NCBI GenBank assembly: GCA_965203305.1
Contig: OZ241874.1
Location: 3,697,687 to 3,761,686 of the forward strand
Reading direction: 5' to 3'
Origin: Rhodothermales bacterium
GTDB taxonomy: Bacteria > Bacteroidota > Rhodothermia > Rhodothermales > Bin80
DNA: 64,000 nt
In this document: in pieces, positions 10,938-19,015 of the stretch
How the letters are laid out: every line of letters begins with the position of its first letter
How positions within the stretch are numbered: the stretch's first letter is position 1
Notes under the pieces: generated by a model
Seen by the model: only the letters and a program-made list of their open reading frames with translations
What the model was told of the DNA's origin: nothing
Database searches by the model: none
Position numbers and translations under genes: made by a program

Positions 10938-11540
10938 ATGGATATGCCTGTGATACTCACTGCCCTTGTCAGCCGTATGGAGAAGATCACGGACTTCTTC
11001 GGAAAGCTGACATGGTACTGTATCCTCCTGATGGTCATCACAGGAGCCTATAATGCGATTGTGCGCTCCCTCTCTGGCTGGGCACACATTGATCCAGAAA
11101 GTGCCAGTTCATCGGAGAAAGTTCTCCATTGGATCGGAGAAATAGCCAGGCAGGGAAGCTCCAACACATTTATTGAGCTCCAGTGGTATCTCTTCAGCGT
11201 CGTTTTTCTCCTGGGAGCAGCATATGCACTGAAAACGGATGCACATGTACGGGTGGACATCTTTTACAACCGTACCTCCTCGGCCACAAAATCATGGATC
11301 AACATCACTGGCACCCTGATCTTCCTCCTTCCGTTTTGCGGACTGATGCTCTGGTCTGCTTTGCCTGTTGTTGTGGACTCATGGGCACGACTGGAAGGCT
11401 CGCCTGATCCGGGAGGCCTGCCCCGCTACCCTCTGCTGACGATTGTGCCACTGGCATTTATCGTGCTGATGGCACAGGGGCTGGCGATTGCGGCTCGCGA
11501 GGCACTTCACCTTTTTGATTCCAGACATGCCGGGACTTGA
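10938..11540 (+). CDS. TRAP transporter small permease (DctQ-type)
   Basis: 200-aa, 4-TM-like ORF. It overlaps the start of the large permease by 14 bp. Confidence 0.75.
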   Translation: MDMPVILTALVSRMEKITDFFGKLTWYCILLMVITGAYNAIVRSLSGWAHIDPESASSSEKVLHWIGEIARQGSSNTFIELQWYLFSVVFLLGAAYALKTDAHVRVDIFYNRTSSATKSWINITGTLIFLLPFCGLMLWSALPVVVDSWARLEGSPDPGGLPRYPLLTIVPLAFIVLMAQGLAIAAREALHLFDSRHAGT

Positions 11541-12876
11541 GTGGCTGGCACCGCTCATGTTTGCGGTGGCTCTGATTCTGATCTTCTCAGGCTACCCGGT
11601 AGCCTTTTCCCTTGGAGGAGCTTCTCTCATTTTTGCCTTTATTGGCATCAGTACCGGCTATTTTGACTGGCATCTGATGCTTGCATTGCCGGACCGCCTG
11701 TTCGGCATCATGTCAAATTACACGCTTCTGGCAGTCCCGTTTTTTATTTTCATGGGGACCATGCTGGAGAAGAGCAACCTTGCACGGGACCTGCTCCATA
11801 CCATCGGGCTTCTTTTTGGCCCTGTTCGGGGAGGGCTGGCAATCGCTGTCATTCTTGTGGGCGTACTCCTTGCAGCAGCAACAGGAATTGTTGGTGCAAG
11901 CGTCGTGGCCATGGGGATGATCTCTCTCCCCATAATGCTCAAGAATGGATATTCCAAGGAACTGTCTGCCGGCGTGATCACAGCAACCGGAACACTGGGA
12001 CAGATCATCCCGCCTAGCGTCGTTCTGGTTGTACTTGCCGATCAACTGGGAGTATCTGTCGGTGACCTCTTCATTGGTGCACTGGTTCCTGGCATTCTCC
12101 TTGCTGTCCTGTATGGCTTGTACACGGCTGGAATTGCCATCTTCCAGCCATCTGCAGCCCCCGCCATTCCCCAGACAGTGCGGGATCATGAACATGGAGA
12201 GTTGCTGCGCAAAGTCTTTCTGGTCATGCTTCCCCCTCTCCTGCTCATTCTTGTCGTTCTGGGAAGCATTTTTGTCGGGATTGCTACCCCTACCGAATCA
12301 GGTGCACTGGGAGCCGTTGGAGCAATCGGACTGGCAGCACTGAACAGGCGGCTGAACAAAAAGGCTTTATTGCGAACCATGGAAGAAACCGCCAAACTCA
12401 CGGCCATGGTCATGATGCTCCTGATCGCCTCTACTGCATTTGCACTGGTCTTCCGGGGGCTGGATGGCGGGATCTGGATTGAAGACCTGCTGATCAATCT
12501 TCCCGGAGGAGTGATTGGTTTCCTGATTCTTGCAAACCTCGCCATCTTCATTCTGGGGTTCTTTATTGACTTCTTTGAGATTGCATTCATTATTATCCCC
12601 CTCATGGTCCTTCCCGCAGCCCACCTGCTAAGTCCGATGCTCGGGGTACCGGAAAGTACCGCACTGGTCTGGTTTGGCGTAATGGTCGGGATGAACCTTC
12701 AGACCTCTTTCCTGACCCCGCCGTTCGGGTTTGCTCTCTTTTATCTCCGGGGCGTGGCTCCACCGAAGCTGAAAACTGAATCCATCTATCGCGGCACAAT
12801 CCCTTTTATTGCGATCCAGGTGATCGGACTGATTCTGCTGATCCTGGTACCAGACCTAGTTCTCTGGGCACTCTAG
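11527..12876 (+). CDS. TRAP transporter large permease (DctM-type)
   Basis: I trimmed the start to ATG 11527 (MPGLEWLAPLMF). Long polytopic protein typical of the DctM family. Confidence 0.85.
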   Translation: MPGLEWLAPLMFAVALILIFSGYPVAFSLGGASLIFAFIGISTGYFDWHLMLALPDRLFGIMSNYTLLAVPFFIFMGTMLEKSNLARDLLHTIGLLFGPVRGGLAIAVILVGVLLAAATGIVGASVVAMGMISLPIMLKNGYSKELSAGVITATGTLGQIIPPSVVLVVLADQLGVSVGDLFIGALVPGILLAVLYGLYTAGIAIFQPSAAPAIPQTVRDHEHGELLRKVFLVMLPPLLLILVVLGSIFVGIATPTESGALGAVGAIGLAALNRRLNKKALLRTMEETAKLTAMVMMLLIASTAFALVFRGLDGGIWIEDLLINLPGGVIGFLILANLAIFILGFFIDFFEIAFIIIPLMVLPAAHLLSPMLGVPESTALVWFGVMVGMNLQTSFLTPPFGFALFYLRGVAPPKLKTESIYRGTIPFIAIQVIGLILLILVPDLVLWAL

Positions 12877-13997
12877 CCTGCTTGGGAACCGGGATTTATG
12901 CGTGCATTCATGTACGAGAGCATCTCGTGTTCTGCGGTGTGGATCCACGCATCTGAATCACGCCGCCATGCCAGAAAAGAATCATGTACGCGAGCAAATT
13001 CGGGATCACTGCGTTTCTCCTGCAAAAGATCCTGCGCGGCCGTGTACGCTGCATCCATGACATCCCGTGGAAACGGACGCAGTTCAATATCAGAATCCAG
13101 AATCCTCTGAAATGCCGGCGGGTTGAGGGCATCATACCTCGCGAGCATATACTGGTTGGCTTCGGCCATTGCCACCTCAAGGGCTGCCTGATATGCAGAT
13201 GGAAGCCCCTGCATGGCATCCCTGTTCACAAAGAAGGACAGGTTCGCCGATGGCTCCCACCACCCGGGGTAATAGTAGTAACTGGCAATCTGATTAAATC
13301 CAAGCTTCTCGTCATCATAGGGACCGATCCATTCCGCTGCATCAATCGCCCCCCGCTCCAGGGAAGTATAGATTTCTCCGCCGGGAATCTGCTGTACCGT
13401 GACCCCCAGCTGATCCATGACTCCGCCTCCAAGGCCCGGAATGCGCATGGAAAGTCCGTTCAGGTCTATCACACTGTTGATTTCCCGGTTGAACCATCCT
13501 CCCATCTGCGTGCCTGTATTTCCTCCGGGATAGTTGAGGACACCATAGTCTGCGAACAGTTCCCGCAATACTGACTGTCCGCCTCCCTCATAGACCCAGC
13601 TGTTGAACTGACGTGCGGTCAGTCCAAAAGGAACGGTCGTATCAAATGCAAATGCCTGATTCTTTCCGATGTAATAATATCCAGCCGAGTGCCCCATTTG
13701 GACCGTACCCTTTTGCACGGAGTCCAGGACTTCAAATGCCGGAACGATCTCTCCGGCCGGATAGACGCGGATGGTAAATCTGCCGTCTGTCAATTGGCGG
13801 ACACGATTGCTCATCACCTCGGCTGCTCCGTAAATCGTATCCAGAGAGCGGGCAAAGCTTGATACAAGTTGCCATCGGAGTGTCGGGTTGCCTGTCTGGA
13901 CAGCGGGAGAATCGGTATTCCGAGTGCTGCATCCGGCAAGAACAGTTCCTGCCGCGGCACCCAGAGTAGCTGATCGGATAAATTTTCTGCGTTTCAT
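12873..13997 (-). CDS. TRAP transporter substrate-binding protein (DctP family) with Tat/lipoprotein-like signal
   Basis: MKRRKFIRSATLGAAAGTVLAGCS signal. 374 aa. Convergent with the permease genes. Confidence 0.8.
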   Translation of the reverse strand: MKRRKFIRSATLGAAAGTVLAGCSTRNTDSPAVQTGNPTLRWQLVSSFARSLDTIYGAAEVMSNRVRQLTDGRFTIRVYPAGEIVPAFEVLDSVQKGTVQMGHSAGYYYIGKNQAFAFDTTVPFGLTARQFNSWVYEGGGQSVLRELFADYGVLNYPGGNTGTQMGGWFNREINSVIDLNGLSMRIPGLGGGVMDQLGVTVQQIPGGEIYTSLERGAIDAAEWIGPYDDEKLGFNQIASYYYYPGWWEPSANLSFFVNRDAMQGLPSAYQAALEVAMAEANQYMLARYDALNPPAFQRILDSDIELRPFPRDVMDAAYTAAQDLLQEKRSDPEFARVHDSFLAWRRDSDAWIHTAEHEMLSYMNARINPGSQAG

Positions 13998-14005
13998 TCC
14001 AAGGG

Positions 14006-14713
14006 TTATCCTCGTGGGCGAAGAGGCCGCATGACGACCTCGGAAATCAAATAATTGTCTGGTGACTGCAGTACATGAATCACCGTGCTTGCAACATCTT
14101 GTACCTGCATGGGATTCGGCGCGCCCGAAGAGCCTGCAACCTGCCCAAATTCGGTGGCAACGCTTCCTGGACAGACACAGGTAACCTTGATTCCGTCACC
14201 CCGCAACTCTTTCATGGTTGCCTCACTGAATCCTCGCAGTCCGAATTTCGTTGCGTTGTATGCACTCAGGTTCGCATTGCCAACCAGACCTGCAACAGAT
14301 GCGATATGAACAATATGACCTCCAAATCCTGCCTGCTTGTTCTGTGCTTTCATCAGCGGGACCACCGCACGAGTACACAGATACACTCCCGTCAAATTTG
14401 TATCTATCTGTATGTCCCAGTCCTCTTTCGTCTGGTCATCAATCCGGGCGAACCGTCCAAGTCCGGCATTATTGATCAGGATATCCACACGATCCAGGCT
14501 GGAAAACGCATCCCTGACTGAGGCTGAATCAGTTACATCACACGCAACCGGCTGAAATCCCGAGCCTAGTTCAGACTCCAGTGCTTTCAGGCGATTCAGT
14601 CTCCGTGCAAGTCCATAGACTCTGCTGCCATGCTCCACCAGATGACGAGAGAATTCGCTCCCAAGCCCGCTACTGGCCCCGGTGACGACAGCAACTTTGT
14701 TGCGTAAATTCAT
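14006..14713 (-). CDS. SDR-family oxidoreductase
   Basis: I trimmed the start to ATG 14713 (MNLRNKVAVVTGASSGLGSEF, which contains TGxxxGxG). NNAG motif and the YxxxK active site (SAYNATK). Confidence 0.85.
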   Translation of the reverse strand: MNLRNKVAVVTGASSGLGSEFSRHLVEHGSRVYGLARRLNRLKALESELGSGFQPVACDVTDSASVRDAFSSLDRVDILINNAGLGRFARIDDQTKEDWDIQIDTNLTGVYLCTRAVVPLMKAQNKQAGFGGHIVHIASVAGLVGNANLSAYNATKFGLRGFSEATMKELRGDGIKVTCVCPGSVATEFGQVAGSSGAPNPMQVQDVASTVIHVLQSPDNYLISEVVMRPLRPRG

Positions 14714-14773
14714 GTGAGCTCTGTCTGGAACTGATTTCTTGAACTCTAGCTCTGTATACCTGTTCGCTCTTGA

Positions 14774-15970
14774 ATGGACAGCACATCCCTGAGAACAGAT
14801 TTTGCCCGGCATCTTGCTTGGACAAGTGATCATCCCCTTGGCTTTGAAGTGGAGCGAGCGGAGGGATCACTTCTCTTTTTGACGGGCGGAAAGCGTCTCA
14901 TTGACTTCATCAGCGGAATTGCGGTCTCATCCGTGGGACATCGGCATCCAAGTGTTCTGCATGCAATTCGTACGCAGCTTGACCGGCACCTGCATGTCAT
15001 GGTCTATGGAGAATTTATTCAGGCACCGCAGGTGCAGTTTTGCAGGCACCTGACAGATGTCCTGCCAGCTTCGCTTGACTGCGTCTATCTTACGATGTCA
15101 GGAACCGAAGCGAATGAGGGTTCGCTCAAACTGGCCAAGAAATACACCAGGCGCAGTCACATGATCGCCTTTGAGCGATCTTATCATGGAGATACTCATG
15201 GATCTCTGAGCGTCACGGGAAGGCGTATTTATCAGGATTCCTTTCGTCCACTCTTGCCAGACATAACCTTTTTGCCGTTTGGAGATTTTGAGGCACTGGA
15301 TGCCATTGATGATCGGGTGGCATGTGTAATTGCGGAGCCCATTCAGGGAGAGGGAGGAATGCGTGTCCCTCCTGCGGGATGGTTTCGGGCCTTGCGCTCC
15401 CGGTGTACTTCCACGGGAAGTCTCCTGATTCTGGATGAGATCCAGACTGGCTTTGGACGAACCGGTCATCTGTTTGCCTTTGAGCATGAAGGGATTACTC
15501 CCGATATCCTCACCCTTGCCAAGGCGATGGGAGGCGGGATGCCGCTCGGCGCATTTGTGTCCAGTACCGAAAAAATGAAAGCCCTGCGAGATGATCCACC
15601 ATTAAGCCATGTCACAACGTTTGGCGGTCATCCTGTATCCTGTGCTGCGGCAGACGCGGCATTGCAGGTCATCCTGGACGAAGATCTGGCAGAGCGGGCA
15701 GTCTGGATAGGAGAACGAGTCCGATCAAAACTCAAGCACGCAGCGATAAAGGATTTGCGCGGGCGAGGGGCCATGCTGGGCATGGATCTGCCAAGTACAT
15801 CAACTGCCGAACAGGTTGTGAAAACCTGCCTTGATCATGGAGTTCTTCTGGGATGGACGCTTCACTCGGGGACCGTGATCCGAATCGCCCCTCCACTCAA
15901 TATTCCCGAGGACATTCTGGATGAAGCGATAGAAGTGATCGTAAAGGCATTGGATTATCTCACCGAATAG
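14774..15970 (+). CDS. Class-III PLP-dependent aminotransferase (acetylornithine/GABA aminotransferase family)
   Basis: AEPIQGEGG, LILDEIQTGFGRTG and the TLAKAMGGG PLP-lysine segment. Confidence 0.85.
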   Translation: MDSTSLRTDFARHLAWTSDHPLGFEVERAEGSLLFLTGGKRLIDFISGIAVSSVGHRHPSVLHAIRTQLDRHLHVMVYGEFIQAPQVQFCRHLTDVLPASLDCVYLTMSGTEANEGSLKLAKKYTRRSHMIAFERSYHGDTHGSLSVTGRRIYQDSFRPLLPDITFLPFGDFEALDAIDDRVACVIAEPIQGEGGMRVPPAGWFRALRSRCTSTGSLLILDEIQTGFGRTGHLFAFEHEGITPDILTLAKAMGGGMPLGAFVSSTEKMKALRDDPPLSHVTTFGGHPVSCAAADAALQVILDEDLAERAVWIGERVRSKLKHAAIKDLRGRGAMLGMDLPSTSTAEQVVKTCLDHGVLLGWTLHSGTVIRIAPPLNIPEDILDEAIEVIVKALDYLTE

Positions 15971-15984
15971 CACAGATGTGTGCT
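15969..15984. terminator. Short hairpin between convergent stop codons (possible bidirectional terminator)
   Basis: agcaca-gatg-tgtgct (6-bp stem, 4-nt loop) occupies the 15-bp spacer between the aminotransferase TAG and the DUF5131 TGA. There is no T-tract, so the call is weak. Confidence 0.25.
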
Positions 15985-15985
15985 G

Positions 15986-16696
15986 TCAATGTGCAGGCAT
16001 CTGATCCCATGTCCGGCCATCCAGTATGCGCCCCGTCCGCTTCTTGAATACGCCGCCCCACTGCTTGAAAAAGAATGGCACCTGTTCCAGCACACAGATA
16101 TCCCGGATTTCCCTCACCCATTCTTTTTCCATTGGCCTGGCACCCGGCCCAGACTCTCCTCCCACAATAACCCAGTCAACCCCTCGCACTGGAATGTCTG
16201 GAAGTGGTGCAAGTAGCGGCTCGAGTGACAGGAATTTGGTCTGTGCATTCGTCTGTTTGAGTTCTTCCAGACGGAACTGCCACCGCGGAGATTCAATACT
16301 GGTTCCAAGCCAGATATTCGGACTCCAGTTCAGGCTTTCTTCCACCTCGAGAACGCGACTCGGCCTCTTGGTCAGCACCTGAAATGTATGTTGTGATGCC
16401 TGATTCATCGTCCTGAAAACGGCCTGAATAAACGACTCGTCAACTTCTTCATGAAAGAGGTCCGACATGGAATTGACGAACACCAGGCGTGGCTTGCGCC
16501 ATGTGAGAGGGTCTCCCAGTGTCTGCGGATGCATGGTGACCGCAAATCCGTTGTGGTACTTCTCTACCCCCATAGCTTGCAACCTGCCAGACATGCGCTC
16601 TGCATAGCAGAATTTGCATCCGTGACTGATCTTGGTGCATCCGGTAACCGGATTCCAGGTCGTTTCTGTCCACTCAATACCTGATCGTGTTGACAT
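15986..16696 (-). CDS. Phage Gp37/Gp68-family protein (DUF5131)
   Basis: N-terminus SGIEWTETTWNPVTGCTKISHGCKFCYAE contains C-x7-C-x2-C. Also VLTKRP, SLEPLL and WVIVGGESGPGARP segments. It lies 2 bp downstream of the TcmP-like ORF, the known partner arrangement. Confidence 0.8.
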   Translation of the reverse strand: MSTRSGIEWTETTWNPVTGCTKISHGCKFCYAERMSGRLQAMGVEKYHNGFAVTMHPQTLGDPLTWRKPRLVFVNSMSDLFHEEVDESFIQAVFRTMNQASQHTFQVLTKRPSRVLEVEESLNWSPNIWLGTSIESPRWQFRLEELKQTNAQTKFLSLEPLLAPLPDIPVRGVDWVIVGGESGPGARPMEKEWVREIRDICVLEQVPFFFKQWGGVFKKRTGRILDGRTWDQMPAH

Positions 16697-16698
16697 GT

Positions 16699-17562
16699 CT
16701 ACAACCCATTAACTGGATCAAGAAGATGCTCGGCAATTCGCTTTGCAACCCCAATGGCAGCCGGCGCGTCACTGCCCACGCAAAATATAAGATCGTACAA
16801 AGGTGAGTTCCTCGAATTTCTGAGTGTCTTGGACTGATCAAGAAACCGTTCGGCAAACAATTCCCTGAGTCTGCCCTTGTAGATGCCAATCAGATTGTTT
16901 ACGCCGGATACTCGCTCAAACCGATGCTCCCCAGTAAAAAGTTGAGGAATCTCCTGATACAGGTTTTTCCAACTGTCATTACCATAAATCCTCGTCAATG
17001 TCTGAGCGAACTTTGGGGAGATATCCTCTGGGGTCCTATTCATGGGCAGCATTCGGGCAACCGTGGATGCAGGAAAAAGAATCTAGGTATCAAGTGCTTT
17101 ATACTCGGCAATTATCTTCAGAGTACTCCAGTCAACTTGTGCCCCGAATGGATCAAGGAAAAGCACTCCTCTACTGTTCCGCCAATCTCTCCTCAAGGTC
17201 TGGAGAGATTCATTTGCATCAGCTCTCTTCACAGTGATTCTCCTGCCAGGCTTCTCTGTACACAGTCTCTTCAATTTTGAACATCTCTCCTCATCTTGCT
17301 CAATGAAGATCAACTCGTCAAAGTGCTTATCTTTAATGTCCAGAGCTATCCTGGCAGATCCATCAATGAATTTAATTTGGTCAGGATCCTGATTTTTCAA
17401 CTCAACCATACCAGTGCCGGCAAAGGCATCAATATACAGGAGCTCAAACGGTTTATCCTTGAGAGCAGTTGTATATGCATTGAGGTAATTTCTGAGAATC
17501 TCAAGCTTTTCTCGAGTCCAGTTTCCACCGAATGAGGCTTTACTTTTGCTGGCCATAGTCAA
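16699..17562 (-). pseudogene. tcmP: Three-Cys-motif partner protein TcmP, interrupted by a single in-frame TAG (17083-17085)
   Basis: The track ORFs 17083..17562 and 16699..17052 are in the same frame. Translation across the junction reads ...AEYKALDT*ILFPASTVARMLPMNRT. The N-terminus GNWTREKLEILRNYLNAYTTAL, LYIDAFAGTG and LFLDPFG fit the TcmP family. Confidence 0.7.
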
Positions 17563-17639
17563 TAGTCAATTCTCTAAGGGGAACTACACAGAAGGCATGG
17601 TGCTATGTCAGTAACTGACTACACGAATGAAGAATAGAC

Positions 17640-18545
17640 TTATCCTGCTCTGTCAGCATATCGTATCCCGGTTGCAAGAACACATGCCAGATTCACAGGA
17701 ACAGCATTTCCGATCTGCTTCTCCACGCTTGTATTTCGGTTGTCTGCTTTCCAGTCCCATTCCTTGGGAAAAGTCTGTATCCGACTTCTCTCAAATGATG
17801 TGAGTGCTCTTACCGTGGACGGAGGAGCACTATCCAGACGATTGCCTTGATAACCCGGGGGCACAGGGCGATTGACTCCCCGAATTGTGGGAGATGGCTC
17901 GTATACTGAGAAGACAGATCTGCGCGAATAATTTCTGGGATGCCGATAGTAAAAATCTATTTCAATATCTCTCCCGAAATACTCCTTTACGGTCAGACTT
18001 TTTTCGGAGATGTTCTTTTTGACAAACTGAGCAAACCTAGCCGCTACATTCTTTCTGAGGGATCCAAAAGCAAAAAAACGCTTTCTTGACTGCGGAACCC
18101 CATAGTGACATGCATCCAGTATAATCTCGGCAATTTCGTACCCGCTTGCAATCAGGATCTCTTTTGTTTCTGTGTAGGCTCCGCTCCGACGAACTTGAGG
18201 AACATTTTCCATCAGAAAAAACTGGGGAGTACATTTTGTAACGATCTCGCCAAAAGCATTGGTCAGATTTGCCCGATATCCCTCAACTCTTTTGCCAGCA
18301 CTGGAAAAGTCTTGGCAGGGAGGACCTCCCGCTATAATGTCAGGACAAAGAGAGACTATTTGGAAGGTAGCTGTGTCCGTATCTGCAAGATCAATCTGCG
18401 CGACATGATCTGACAAGTTCCTCCGATATGTGTTAATGGCATCCCGCCAATTATCAAATGCTCCAACTACATCAATTCCCCCATCTATAAATCCTGCACT
18501 GAGCCCTCCCGCACCACAAAATAAATCTACTGCTGAAAGTGCCAT
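17640..18545 (-). CDS. dcm: DNA (cytosine-5)-methyltransferase
   Basis: Motif I DLFCGAGG, motif IV GGPPCQDFS, motif VI MENV, motif VIII QSRKR and motif X GNAVPV. Confidence 0.9.
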   Translation of the reverse strand: MALSAVDLFCGAGGLSAGFIDGGIDVVGAFDNWRDAINTYRRNLSDHVAQIDLADTDTATFQIVSLCPDIIAGGPPCQDFSSAGKRVEGYRANLTNAFGEIVTKCTPQFFLMENVPQVRRSGAYTETKEILIASGYEIAEIILDACHYGVPQSRKRFFAFGSLRKNVAARFAQFVKKNISEKSLTVKEYFGRDIEIDFYYRHPRNYSRRSVFSVYEPSPTIRGVNRPVPPGYQGNRLDSAPPSTVRALTSFERSRIQTFPKEWDWKADNRNTSVEKQIGNAVPVNLACVLATGIRYADRAG

Positions 18546-18713
18546 GATAAGGGGTGTACCCTGTAGTTATGGGCTACCTGTCCAGGAATTTATGCCATTT
18601 CCAGCGAATAGCAAATTCGCTAACCGCATGGAAAATGATACCATCAAGTTTTATGATATATGTTATATACTCTCTTTGTGATAAAGTTGCAACATATCGT
18701 ATGCCCAAAATAA

Positions 18714-19015
18714 ATGGGAATTATCCAGTAAAATCCGCAAGGCGGGAAAATGGAGAGAGGTTATCTCTCCATCCCCATGTCTGTATCCCGATCACTGTTG
18801 GAAGGGTCTCTGCCCGGTGGAGGTTCCTGACCAGAATTGTCTTTCTCCGATTTGCGGATCGTGGGTTCTTTTCCCTCCTCTTTTTCAGGAGAGGGACTGT
18901 CTGGAATATGGTTTCCCGCTTCCTTTTGGGGACCCTCCGCCTCAGACTGGTCTTTTGACTCCGGCTGTTGCCCGGAAACATCTCTGGTAGGGTGGCGACT
19001 TGCCTGTCTCTGTTT
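18714..19015. repeat. Right copy of the ~290-bp inverted repeat (reverse complement of 271-558); the 28-nt motif lies at 18714-18741
   Basis: The reverse complement of 18714-18741 is cttgcggattttactggataattcccat, 25/28 identical to 531-558. The coding tail matches copy 1 as described there. Confidence 0.8.

Noticed and set aside
17083-17085. In-frame TAG in tcmP as evidence for stop-codon reassignment or pyrrolysine.
   Set aside because: TAG clearly terminates other well-supported genes in the window: sdhA (8787-8789), the aminotransferase (15968-15970), the TRAP genes and the ATPase paralog (523-525). A point nonsense mutation or a sequencing error is the simpler explanation.
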